A stretch of 64,000 bases of DNA from Chromatiales bacterium (GTDB taxonomy: Bacteria; Pseudomonadota; Gammaproteobacteria; Steroidobacterales; Woeseiaceae). The translations under genes were made by a program, and so were the position numbers. Below, piece after piece: positions 1-11,356 of the stretch (its first letter is position 1; each line of letters begins with the position of its first letter). Location of the stretch: NCBI GenBank assembly GCA_024679535.1, contig JAIBDF010000001.1:21748-85747 (forward strand), in the 5' to 3' direction. The notes beneath the pieces were generated by a model. It saw nothing but the letters and a program-made list of their open reading frames with translations. It searched no databases and was not told where the DNA came from.

Positions 1-361
1 GCAGCGAAGAGTCCGAATTGGGCGGTACGATGCGTCTGGGGGCTCAGGCGGTCACACTGGCGGATGGGTCGCTTGCGGCTCGCAGCTATGGGACGACGGA
101 TATCGTCGAACGCCATCGTCATCGATACGAGGTGAATAACAACTATCGGGACCAGCTCTCGGAAGCCGGACTGAGCTTCTCGGGCCTGTCCGTCGATGAC
201 CTGGTCGAAATGGTCGAATTGCCCGGTCACCCGTTCTTCCTGGCCAGCCAGTTCCATCCGGAATTCACCTCGAACCCGCGTGACGGCCATCCGCTGTTCA
301 AGAGCTACATTACGGCGGTGCGCGAGCACAGCCAGGGCGAGTTGCCCGAGGTGGCGCAGGG

Positions 362-365
<4 letters not shown>
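1..365 (+). CDS. pyrG: CTP synthase, C-terminal part of the glutaminase domain (5'-truncated by the window edge)
   Basis: [17 protein letters not shown] and SQFHPEF motifs; lies directly upstream of kdsA-eno. Confidence 0.97.
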
Positions 366-2514
<2,149 letters not shown>

Positions 2515-2521
2515 GAAATAA

Positions 2522-2818
2522 ATGAGCGGTTCACGCTGGATACTGATTATGTTGGCGATTGCCGGGCTTGGTCTGCAGGCCCAGCTTTGGCTGTCCGACG
2601 ACGGTTACCGCAAGACCATCAAACTGCGCACAGCGGTTGCCGAACAGCGCGCACTCAACGCGTCACTGCGCGACCGCAACGCGGCGCTGGATGCTGAAGT
2701 GATTAATCTCAAGCAGGGCCGCGATGCGGCTGAAGAGCGCGCTCGTACTGACCTTGGCATGATCGGCAAGGCAGAAACCTTCTACCAGGTTGTCCCCGTC
2801 GCCGACGCCACCTATTAG
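2522..2818 (+). CDS. ftsB: Cell division protein FtsB
   Basis: N-terminal TM segment, coiled coil, EERARTDLGMI..ETFYQ; canonical position after eno. Confidence 0.92.
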   Translation: MSGSRWILIMLAIAGLGLQAQLWLSDDGYRKTIKLRTAVAEQRALNASLRDRNAALDAEVINLKQGRDAAEERARTDLGMIGKAETFYQVVPVADATY

Positions 2819-2826
2819 GATCCTCC

Positions 2827-3825
2827 ATGTCCCTCCCGAACTGGGCCCGTGCGCACGTCTCGGTCCCGACTGACGGGAGTGCCGCGCGATTTTCTGCGCG
2901 TATCCGCGAGAGGCCTGAGGATTTCCAGGTCACGGAGGAGCTCGGCTACGAGTTCACGAGCGACGGCGAGCATGATTTCCTATGGATTGAAAAGACGGGC
3001 GCCAACACCGAATGGGTCTCCCGACAGCTGGCGCGTTTCGCCGCAGTACCGGCAAGAGATGTGGGTTATGCCGGGCTCAAAGATCGCCACGCAGTAACTT
3101 GGCAGTGGTTCAGCGTCCCGAGGTGGCACTCACCCGACTGGAGTCTTCTTGACGTCGAAGGTGTGCAGATTCGGGATGTGCAACGCCATCACAAAAAGCT
3201 GCGGCGAGGTGCGCACAGGGCCAACCATTTTCGCATCGTCCTGCGCGGCGACGGCCTTGCCGAACATGCCTCTGTGCTGGAACAGCGTGTGCAGGTCATT
3301 CGCGAGCAGGGTGTGCCCAACTACTTTGGCGAGCAGCGTTTCGGGCGGGCGGGGAATAACCTGGAGCTGGCCGATGTCTTCGCGAGCGGCAAGCGGCTGC
3401 CGCGTCACAAACGCAGCATTGCCATCTCGACCATCCGGTCGTTCCTGTTCAACGAGTACCTGAGTGCGCGTGTCGAGGACGCTACCTGGACAAGGTTGTC
3501 AGCAGGCGACAAGGCGAACCTTGATGGCACGGGCAGCGTCTTCGACGTCGAACAGGTTGATGCAGCGCTGACCCGCCGGTGCAGAGAAATGGACGTCCAT
3601 CCCATTGGTGAGCTGGTTGGAGATGGGTCGACTTTTGGTCCGGATGACTGGCTGGCGGCACTGGCCAGGGCGCGCGTCGCACCGGGAACGCGAAGTCTGA
3701 GGCTCAGGGTTGCTGATCTGGAACTGGTAACCGCAGACGATGAGGCCGTACTTTCTTTCAAGCTCACGCGTGGCGCGTTCGCAACGTCAGTCCTGCGCGA
3801 AATTGTGGCGACATCGACTTCCTGA
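2827..3825 (+). CDS. truD: tRNA pseudouridine(13) synthase
   Basis: PEDFQVTE, GEH, YAGLKDRHAVT, PNYFGEQRFG and GAFATSVLRE motifs. Confidence 0.96.
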   Translation: MSLPNWARAHVSVPTDGSAARFSARIRERPEDFQVTEELGYEFTSDGEHDFLWIEKTGANTEWVSRQLARFAAVPARDVGYAGLKDRHAVTWQWFSVPRWHSPDWSLLDVEGVQIRDVQRHHKKLRRGAHRANHFRIVLRGDGLAEHASVLEQRVQVIREQGVPNYFGEQRFGRAGNNLELADVFASGKRLPRHKRSIAISTIRSFLFNEYLSARVEDATWTRLSAGDKANLDGTGSVFDVEQVDAALTRRCREMDVHPIGELVGDGSTFGPDDWLAALARARVAPGTRSLRLRVADLELVTADDEAVLSFKLTRGAFATSVLREIVATSTS

Positions 3826-3867
3826 GCGGGGCATTTCGACAGGTTGAAACGGCCCGGAATGGTCCGG

Positions 3868-5559
3868 CTATTCTTCAAGGAATGATTTCAACTCGAGCAA
3901 GTGTTTTTCGTAATTTTTCCACCGCCCAACCGATGTATCGTAGAGCTTCTGTCTGACTTGCCAGTTACTCGGCGTCAGAACGGTACGCTTATTCCTGTCG
4001 AATCGCAGACACTCCTCTTCCCACGGCAAATCACAGAACGCGATGAGTCGCTTTGTCACAGCTTCCGGCTCACGTATCAGATCTTCATACTGAAGTTCGA
4101 AATATCCTGCCGGTAAGGCGGTCGACCAATGTGTCATCAGCCGCTGATACTCTTTGTAATACAGCCCGAAATGCATCAGGTCGTTAGTGAAATCGTTGCC
4201 CAGCTTGAATAACACGGTGTAGCAGGAAATCGCGACATCCAAGGGGGCCCGATGGCAATGAATGATCTTCGCGTTGGGAAACAGGATTGCAATCAGCCCG
4301 AGGTGAACATAATTCATCGGATACTTATCGACAATGCGGCTCGCAGACTCAGGGCTCTTCTTACCCAGGCCGTCCAGATATCTTTTGCTCAGGTTCCCAA
4401 TCGATTCTTGCGTAAGCGGTGCTGCTGGTGATGAGAGAGTACCTTCACCTGCAGAATTCTTGATCTGATCAGCGATTGAGCGCATATAACTGAGTTCACC
4501 TGCGCCATGAATCGCGGAATGACTTGACAGTATTTGTTCCGTTAATGACGTGCCGGTTCTTGGCAATCCAACCACAAAGACCGGGCGCGCATCCTGACTG
4601 CCAAATTGGGCTAGTTGCTGAATCTTCTCGGCGGTATAGAACTCGATGAGTTTGTCGAACTCCTTCGCTTGGCTGTCGATATCAAACGGTCTGGCGATGG
4701 CTTTTTTAACTTCATTGCTGTTGTGAAAGTGTTGAAACGCCACGTTGTATTGGTGTGCCTTTTCAAAATGCTTTCCCAATGCATGTTCAAGGCGCAGCCT
4801 CGTATCTGACGACAAGTTGTCCTGCGTTAGCGCCTCTCGTGCGCTGTCAACCTGCGCGTCATTCGCGTCGTATTCGGGAGAGTTCAACAAAGCCGCCAGT
4901 GACTCGTAGTACTTCGGTTGATAGTGCAACGCGGCCAGATAGTTGGCATTTGCATCTTGAAAATCACCCAGCTGTTCAAACAACACGCCGAGATGATGAT
5001 GTGCAAGGTAGTTTTCCGCCTGGTATTCGGTTGCCTTGGTCAGCCATTCAATGGCATCCCGGGGGCGACCAAGAGCATTCAGAGTAATGCCGTAATTGAA
5101 TGCACAAACAGGATTTCGGGGCTCTATTTCCCGGGCGCGCTCATAATGGGCCAACGCTGCTTCGAGATCGCCGACGTGCCGCAGGCAGTTTGCGACGTTA
5201 TTGAGGGCATCAAAGTGGCTGGCATCGTATTCAAGTGCCTGTCGAAAGCAACCCTCGGCGGATGCGTAATCGTTAAAGCGGATGTACACCTGCCCCAGGT
5301 GATTCAGTGCGTCCGGATTTTCGGGATTAACTTCCAGCGAACGTTGAATAAGCCTTCTGGCATCTTCAAACTTGCCGGACTGCTGCGCGAGCAATCCCAT
5401 GTAATGAAGCGCTTCTCCGTGCAGCGGCATGACGCGCAAGACGTCTGAATAGACTGCGAATGCCTTGGCGAGCTGGCCTGCTTTGTGATCCTGAAGGGCA
5501 TTGAAAACCTCGCGATCAAGATCTTCTTTGGTCCGTTTGTCCGTGGTGGGTTCGAGCAT
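3868..5559 (-). CDS. TPR-repeat sulfotransferase family protein
   Basis: Several N-terminal TPR-like repeats; PAPS-binding loop VFVVGLPRTGTSLTEQILSSH, VDKYPMN, HRAPLDVAISCY and TPSNWQVRQ motifs. Confidence 0.9.
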   Translation of the reverse strand: MLEPTTDKRTKEDLDREVFNALQDHKAGQLAKAFAVYSDVLRVMPLHGEALHYMGLLAQQSGKFEDARRLIQRSLEVNPENPDALNHLGQVYIRFNDYASAEGCFRQALEYDASHFDALNNVANCLRHVGDLEAALAHYERAREIEPRNPVCAFNYGITLNALGRPRDAIEWLTKATEYQAENYLAHHHLGVLFEQLGDFQDANANYLAALHYQPKYYESLAALLNSPEYDANDAQVDSAREALTQDNLSSDTRLRLEHALGKHFEKAHQYNVAFQHFHNSNEVKKAIARPFDIDSQAKEFDKLIEFYTAEKIQQLAQFGSQDARPVFVVGLPRTGTSLTEQILSSHSAIHGAGELSYMRSIADQIKNSAGEGTLSSPAAPLTQESIGNLSKRYLDGLGKKSPESASRIVDKYPMNYVHLGLIAILFPNAKIIHCHRAPLDVAISCYTVLFKLGNDFTNDLMHFGLYYKEYQRLMTHWSTALPAGYFELQYEDLIREPEAVTKRLIAFCDLPWEEECLRFDRNKRTVLTPSNWQVRQKLYDTSVGRWKNYEKHLLELKSFLEE

Positions 5560-5772
5560 CGTTCAATTATGCCACCGCAGCTACTCGATCTTGCGGAAAT
5601 TGACCGAGCTTGCCGTTGCGTCCAGAAACGCCGGCCGCTTCGTGACAACCCCAGCGAACCAGATCAGTGCGTTGACAGCGTTCACGCTCTGTCGGGACAT
5701 AAAAGTGATCGAGACTACGGCTGAAAGTAAATAGAGGTAAGATTAATAAAAGTGTATAAAATAATGGTTTTT

Positions 5773-6300
5773 CTATTGTTTTTGTAGAAGAACATAGATG
5801 GCACCCGTTCCTCCGTCCACCTGCCGTGTGGACACAAACGCCAACACGCTGTCCCAGCGCCTGAGCCAGCGATTCACAGCATTCTTGAGCACGGGACCGC
5901 GTTCCCCGGAACCCAGTCCTTTACCATGAACGACGCGCACGCAGTATTTACCCTGGGATACGCTAAATTCAATGAAATCGGCAAGCCGGGGTCTGGCTTC
6001 GTCCAACGTCATACCATGCAGGTCAATCTCGGCCTGTACGCCGAAGCCGCCGCGCTGCAGCTTGCGCATCGTGCGTTTGCCGACATGCTGGCGCCGAAAT
6101 CGCAGGGCGCCTCCATAACCGTGCTCGATGGTATCGATGTCGTCTTCAAGGCTTTCGTTGAGTACCTCGCGCTCATCCGCCTTGGTGAACCGGGCCTTGG
6201 GTTTGGGCCTGGGTTTTGTAGCGGGCGCACGCGGCTCACTCCTGAGCGGTTTGGTGCCGCGCATTGCTTTGTGAAACTCATCGGTATCGTTGTCGCTCAC
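5773..6300 (-). CDS. Smr/MutS2 C-terminal domain endonuclease
   Basis: IDLHGMT, VVHGKGLGS and DGGTGA motifs; start taken at GTG 6300 (uncertain). Confidence 0.92.
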   Translation of the reverse strand: MSDNDTDEFHKAMRGTKPLRSEPRAPATKPRPKPKARFTKADEREVLNESLEDDIDTIEHGYGGALRFRRQHVGKRTMRKLQRGGFGVQAEIDLHGMTLDEARPRLADFIEFSVSQGKYCVRVVHGKGLGSGERGPVLKNAVNRWLRRWDSVLAFVSTRQVDGGTGAIYVLLQKQ

Positions 6301-6412
6301 GGTATGGTCTTTGAGGCTATGGTGTGCGCTGAACAATCGGTATAGTGAGCGCGTCCTTCAGGCCAATCAAGGCTCTGCGCGTCGAATTTTTACATGAGAA
6401 TCCATTCCTAGC

Positions 6413-7171
6413 ATGAAAATCCTCGTAAGTAACGACGACGGGTATCTGGCGACCGGCATCAACGCACTGATCGACGCGCTCGAGAAAGTCGCTGATGTTG
6501 TCGTGGTTGCGCCGGATCGGAATCGTTCTGCCGCCAGTAACTCGTTGACGCTATCGACGCCGTTACGCGTGTCGCAATACGGCAAGAATCGCTTCAAGGT
6601 TGACGGAACACCATCGGACTGCGTGCACCTTGCGGTGACGGGCCTTCTTGACGAGGAGCCCGATCTGGTCGTCTCGGGCATTAACCATGGCGCCAATCTC
6701 GGGGACGACGTTATTTATTCGGGAACCGTGGCGGCCGCCATGGAAGGGCGTTTCCTGGGGCTGCCGACGATTGCGATGTCACTTGTAGGCAAGACGCTGG
6801 TGGGCGCGCAGTTGACGCATTTTGAGACCGCGGCGCGGATTGCCGTTGAGCTCGTGAAGAAGATCGAGCGTGCGTCGCTTGCACCGGATACGGTTCTGAA
6901 CGTCAACGTTCCCGACCTGCCGTATGAAGAATTGACGGGTATTCGGGCGACGCGACTGGGGTTTCGCCACAAGTCTGAACAGGTGCTAACAGATACTGAC
7001 CCGTACGGTCGTCCAATCTACTGGGTGGGGCCTGCAGGCGAAGGGCAGGATGCTGGCGACGGCACTGATTTTCATGCGATCGAGCAGGGCGCCGTCGCCA
7101 TAACGCCGCTGAAGGTGGATCTGACGCGCCACGATGCTGTACCGAGTATCGCCGACTGGCTTAAACAATGA
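6413..7171 (+). CDS. surE: 5'/3'-nucleotidase SurE
   Basis: [15 protein letters not shown] and [22 protein letters not shown] motifs. Confidence 0.97.
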   Translation: MKILVSNDDGYLATGINALIDALEKVADVVVVAPDRNRSAASNSLTLSTPLRVSQYGKNRFKVDGTPSDCVHLAVTGLLDEEPDLVVSGINHGANLGDDVIYSGTVAAAMEGRFLGLPTIAMSLVGKTLVGAQLTHFETAARIAVELVKKIERASLAPDTVLNVNVPDLPYEELTGIRATRLGFRHKSEQVLTDTDPYGRPIYWVGPAGEGQDAGDGTDFHAIEQGAVAITPLKVDLTRHDAVPSIADWLKQ

Positions 7172-7827
7172 TCGATGCTCGCCAGGGCATCGGCATGACC
7201 TCGGCCCGCACGCGCGACAGGCTTGTGCAACGCCTGCGCGATCAGGGCATCCACAACGAATCGGTGCTCGAGCAAATTCGTAACGTGCCTCGCCATTTAT
7301 TTGTCGACGAAGCCTTGGCCAGCCGCGCCTATGAAGACACGGCGCTGCCGATAGGCCTTGGGCAGACTATCAGTCAGCCTTACGTGGTGGCGCGCATGAC
7401 AGAAGCGCTGCTCGACGGATTCCAGGGCGAGAAGGTCCTCGAGGTTGGCACGGGCTGTGGATACCAGACTGCGGTGCTCGCGCCGCTGGTCAAGAAAATC
7501 TACACGGTAGAGCGCATTCCGGAGTTGCTGCGCAGGACCAAACAACGATTGCGCGACCTCGACATCTATAACGTGCAGTTCCGCCCCGGAGATGGCTGGG
7601 AGGGCTGGCGCAAGTATGGGCCCTACGACGGCATTATCGTCACGGCCGCGCCCGATGAAGTACCGCAGAAATTACTGGACCAGCTGGCGCCGGGCGGCCG
7701 GCTGATTATTCCGGTCGGACCGCCAGGCATCCAGGACCTCGCGATGATCAGCAATCGTAATGATCATTATGAACAGGTCTCATTGGGAGCGGTCAGTTTC
7801 GTACCTCTGGTAAAGGGCCTGTCATGA
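7168..7827 (+). CDS. pcm: Protein-L-isoaspartate O-methyltransferase
   Basis: [18 protein letters not shown] and [10 protein letters not shown] motifs; follows surE. Confidence 0.96.
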   Translation: MIDARQGIGMTSARTRDRLVQRLRDQGIHNESVLEQIRNVPRHLFVDEALASRAYEDTALPIGLGQTISQPYVVARMTEALLDGFQGEKVLEVGTGCGYQTAVLAPLVKKIYTVERIPELLRRTKQRLRDLDIYNVQFRPGDGWEGWRKYGPYDGIIVTAAPDEVPQKLLDQLAPGGRLIIPVGPPGIQDLAMISNRNDHYEQVSLGAVSFVPLVKGLS

Positions 7828-8405
7828 ACTTGTTCAAACCCTGGTACGATCGAGTGCTGCGCTGGTCACGACATCCTCACGCCGAACGATACCTCGGAGC
7901 GATGAGTTTCGCGGAGTCTTCGTTCTTCCCGATTCCGGTTGACGTCATGCTGGCCCCCATGTGCCTGGCAGATCGTGACCGGTGGATTCGGTACGCGACG
8001 ATCGCCACCGTCTTCTCGGTGCTTGGCGGTCTCGGCGGATACGCGATTGGCTGGGGCATGTTCGAGGCGATCGAACCCTGGCTGCGCGAATCGCATTACT
8101 GGGGAGATTTCGAGGTGGCGAGCCAGTGGCTCAATGACTACGGCGTGTGGGTTGTATTCGCCATGGGGTTTTCGCCGCTTCCATACAAAGTCGCAACGAT
8201 TGCGGCCGGTGTTGCGGTCATCAATCTCCCCGGATTCTTCATCGGCTCACTCGTGGGTCGCGCCGCGCGTTTCTTTCTCGTCGCGGGCCTGGTTCGACTT
8301 GGCGGGGATAAGTTCGAATCCACACTTTCCCAATACGTGGAGCGTATCGGCTGGGCGACGGTCGTCATCATTGTCATAGCCGTGTGGTTTATGATGCGGG
8401 GCTAA
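7824..8405 (+). CDS. yqaA: YqaA/DedA family membrane protein
   Basis: [13 protein letters not shown] and FSPLPYKV motifs; pcm-yqaA-nlpD synteny. Confidence 0.88.
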   Translation: MNLFKPWYDRVLRWSRHPHAERYLGAMSFAESSFFPIPVDVMLAPMCLADRDRWIRYATIATVFSVLGGLGGYAIGWGMFEAIEPWLRESHYWGDFEVASQWLNDYGVWVVFAMGFSPLPYKVATIAAGVAVINLPGFFIGSLVGRAARFFLVAGLVRLGGDKFESTLSQYVERIGWATVVIIVIAVWFMMRG

Positions 8406-9088
8406 TGACCTCCCGCGCACTCATTATCCTGTTCGTCTCCCTGGCCCTGACATCGTGCGGCGGGGGATCGACATGGCAGGACGATCCGCAAACGCATATT
8501 GTGCGCAAGGGCGAGACCCTGTTTTCCATTGCCTGGCGCTACGGCAAAGATGCCCAGACACTCGCGCGCTGGAACCGTCTCGGCGATGGCTCGCTCATTT
8601 ATCCAGGGCAGGTGATACGACTGACGCCACCAGGCGGCTCCAGCAGCCGGACCACGGCAAGCCGCCAGAGCAGCCAGCCACCGAAAAAGCCATTGCCGCA
8701 GATTCCTGCGCAACCGAGCCCGAGGTGGGCCTGGCCCACGAGCGGCCGGATCAATGTCGAATTTGGCGCAAAGCCTGGCTCCGGCACCGGCATCCTCATC
8801 AATGGCAAAATCGGGCAGCCCATTAATGCTGCGGCTTCCGGGCGCGTGGTCTATGCGGGCAGTGGACTGATCGGTTATGGTCAGCTTATTATCCTGAAAC
8901 ATAATGACACCTACCTCAGTGCCTACGGATACACGGCGTCGCTGCTGGTCAAAGAAGGGCAAGACGTAAAAAAAGGCCAGAGAATAGCGACCATGGGGGA
9001 GGGGCCGGAACGCAAGCCGCGACTGCATTTCGAGATCAGACGCAATGGCAAGCCGGTTAACCCGCGACAGTATTTGTCGACGAGATAA
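8405..9088 (+). CDS. nlpD: LysM/M23 lipoprotein NlpD
   Basis: Lipobox LTSC, LysM motif ([14 protein letters not shown]), degenerate M23 domain (LHFEIR); upstream of rpoS. Confidence 0.9.
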   Translation: MTSRALIILFVSLALTSCGGGSTWQDDPQTHIVRKGETLFSIAWRYGKDAQTLARWNRLGDGSLIYPGQVIRLTPPGGSSSRTTASRQSSQPPKKPLPQIPAQPSPRWAWPTSGRINVEFGAKPGSGTGILINGKIGQPINAAASGRVVYAGSGLIGYGQLIILKHNDTYLSAYGYTASLLVKEGQDVKKGQRIATMGEGPERKPRLHFEIRRNGKPVNPRQYLSTR

Positions 9089-9144
9089 CCCAGGTCTACC
9101 GAAGACCGATCTCAAACATTCGCTCCTTGCAGCAGACTGGGGGT

Positions 9145-9987
9145 ATGTTTTTGGGACAGGTGCTGGATCCAACCAAGCAGTACCTTGACGAGATTGGTAT
9201 CTCGCCGTTGCTCACTGCGGACGAAGAAAAGATGTATGCCCGCCGGGCGCAGCGCGGCGATGAATCGGCGCGCCAGCGCATGATTGAAAGTAACCTCCGC
9301 CTGGTAGTAAAAATTGCGCGCCGTTACCTCAACCGTGGCCTGCCGTTCCTTGACCTGATTGAGGAAGGTAATCTCGGACTGATTCACGCCGTGAAAAAAT
9401 TCGATCCGGAACGCGGCTTTCGCTTCTCAACCTACGCGACCTGGTGGATTCGCCAGACGATCGAGCGGGGCATCATGAATCAGTCACGCACGGTTCGCCT
9501 CCCGATCCATGTCATTAAAGACATCAATTCCTGCCTGCGAGCTGCACGCGTTTTGCGACAGAAATACGACCGTGCGCCGTCCATGCAAGAGATCGCCGCT
9601 CACCTGGACCGCGATATTGTCGAGATCGAACGGCTGATGGGTTTGCACGAACGCGTCACGCTGCGCGCCAACGGCCAAGATAATGAGGGTGAAGGGCCGG
9701 TCGAGCGGCTTCGCGCCAGACGTTCGGGGGAACCGTCACGCTGCGTACAACGCAATGACGTCAATGACATCGTCGACCACTGGGTGTGTGAGCTGAGTGA
9801 GAAACAGCGCGAAGTTGTGGAGCGGCGCTTCGGACTGCACGGATATCATCGTGCGACGCTGGAACAGATCGGTCATGAAATTGGCGTAACGCGTGAACGG
9901 GTGCGGCAGATCCAACTGGAGGCGCTGAAGAACCTGCGTGAGATGCTTGAGAGCCACGGTATCTCAGGGGATGTCGTTCTGGACTAG
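9145..9987 (+). CDS. rpoS: RpoS-like group 2 sigma70 factor
   Basis: [41 protein letters not shown] and [11 protein letters not shown]; nlpD-rpoS synteny. Start at ATG 9145 (TTG 9127 is an alternative). Confidence 0.88.
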   Translation: MFLGQVLDPTKQYLDEIGISPLLTADEEKMYARRAQRGDESARQRMIESNLRLVVKIARRYLNRGLPFLDLIEEGNLGLIHAVKKFDPERGFRFSTYATWWIRQTIERGIMNQSRTVRLPIHVIKDINSCLRAARVLRQKYDRAPSMQEIAAHLDRDIVEIERLMGLHERVTLRANGQDNEGEGPVERLRARRSGEPSRCVQRNDVNDIVDHWVCELSEKQREVVERRFGLHGYHRATLEQIGHEIGVTRERVRQIQLEALKNLREMLESHGISGDVVLD

Positions 9988-10364
9988 CTGCTGTCCTTAA
10001 AAATATAGAGCACCGTCGCAACCTTGCGACCCTCATTGGCCAACACGTTAAAGGTACGCGCAGCAGCGGCAGTATCCATTACCTCAAAGCCAATACCTCT
10101 TCGCGCGAACGCGAAGGTTAGTTCGCGTGGCGGAAAAATATTGGTCGCGCCAGTGCCGAGCAGCACGATCTCGGGGGCCGTTTCCAGTATCGCCTCAAAG
10201 TCGTCTTCCGCAAGGTCGTTGATGGGCTTGTCAGGCCACTGTCCGAGCATTTCTTCCGGCGTTAGCGCGATCGACGCAGCATGATCATCGTCATTGACGC
10301 GGATCGCCGTCTCCGAAACACTGCGTATCACCAATTTGGCTGACAATTCTCTTGTGAATTTCAA
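9984..10364 (-). CDS. Mth938/DUF498-like protein (NDUFAF3 family)
   Basis: PEIVLLGTG and [24 protein letters not shown] motifs; start uncertain (TTG 10364 chosen). Confidence 0.88.
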   Translation of the reverse strand: MKFTRELSAKLVIRSVSETAIRVNDDDHAASIALTPEEMLGQWPDKPINDLAEDDFEAILETAPEIVLLGTGATNIFPPRELTFAFARRGIGFEVMDTAAAARTFNVLANEGRKVATVLYIFKDSS

Positions 10365-10394
10365 TAGCGCATCCCTTACCATCGACGCCACATC

Positions 10395-11354
10395 GTGAAC
10401 GGATCATATGACAAAACTGCCGCAGTCGTCGTCCTCCCTCCTATCAGGGGTGGGAGGCTGACCGATAAATCGCTACGTGCGTGGCTGGCACAGTCTGATC
10501 TGACGCGGACGGACGACCCACAGGAATTGCTGGCGACCATCCTGAACGAACTGAAATTTCCGTACCCGGCGCAGGGTTTGGCTGCGCTGCGGATGTGGGG
10601 CCAGACAGGTGATCGGCCGACGGTCTGGATTGCGGCGGCGGATCCTGTCTACCTTGAGCCGCGGCTCGATCATCTTTGCCTGCATGCGTTGGAACGGACG
10701 GGCATTCCACCGTCGGACCTCAGGCCATTGTTCGACCACCTGCAGGAGACGCTGGCCGAGGACCAGCGTTATGGCTTCGCAAGGCTGGGCACATGCGGCT
10801 ACCTGCGGGCCGAATCACCCATTTCGACGGCGATGGTGCCGGCCTATGTCATAGATCAGCGCGAACCCGGAGAATTCCTGCCGACCGGTGAGCACACGGT
10901 GATGCATCGGAACATCCTCAGCGAGATCGAGATGGCGCTGCACGAACACCCAGTGAATGTACGTCGCGTAGAGGAGGGGAAAGCGCCGGTGAATTCTCTG
11001 TGGCTCTGGGGCGGCGGCATGGCCCCCGAGAAAATCACGCGCCCTCAGCCACCGGTGTTCACTGAAGACCCGCTGCTGCTGGGCTACTGGGAAAGCGTAA
11101 CTGCGGTCGCCGACTTGTGGCCTGGCAGTTTCGAGGCCTGCGCAGACGCTTCTTTGCATGGCTTTGTTGCCGTGATACCCGAGTATGAATCGTCGCCTGA
11201 GTATTTACATCGGTACCTGCAGGAACTTCAGGAGCTCTTGCGATCGAATCGTGTCAGTCGATTGATACTCCTGTTCCGCGACGGCTTACGGGCCGATGTC
11301 CGGCGTTCCGACACGCTGAAATTCTGGCGCCGTGACAGCGAGCTGCTCGACTGA
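10395..11354 (+). CDS. RpfE-like / phosphoglycerate-mutase-like hypothetical protein
   Basis: ADPVYL and EIEMALHEHPVN..R...G..PVNSLWLWGGG motifs; this family typically sits just upstream of recJ. Confidence 0.72.
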   Translation: MNGSYDKTAAVVVLPPIRGGRLTDKSLRAWLAQSDLTRTDDPQELLATILNELKFPYPAQGLAALRMWGQTGDRPTVWIAAADPVYLEPRLDHLCLHALERTGIPPSDLRPLFDHLQETLAEDQRYGFARLGTCGYLRAESPISTAMVPAYVIDQREPGEFLPTGEHTVMHRNILSEIEMALHEHPVNVRRVEEGKAPVNSLWLWGGGMAPEKITRPQPPVFTEDPLLLGYWESVTAVADLWPGSFEACADASLHGFVAVIPEYESSPEYLHRYLQELQELLRSNRVSRLILLFRDGLRADVRRSDTLKFWRRDSELLD

Positions 11355-11356
11355 TC

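Noticed and set aside
5581..5700. 39-codon minus-strand ORF (MSRQSVNAVNALIWFAG...NFRKIE) just upstream of the sulfotransferase, considered as a sulfated-peptide precursor
   Set aside because: It has no Tyr, no SD and no recognisable leader, and the sulfotransferase seems to have its own -10 downstream of it. No support beyond being an open frame.
7753..7771. Palindrome TAATGATCATTA, a partial Fur-box match, at the 3' end of pcm
   Set aside because: Only 13/19 match by hand count, inside a coding region, and the downstream genes have no clear iron link.
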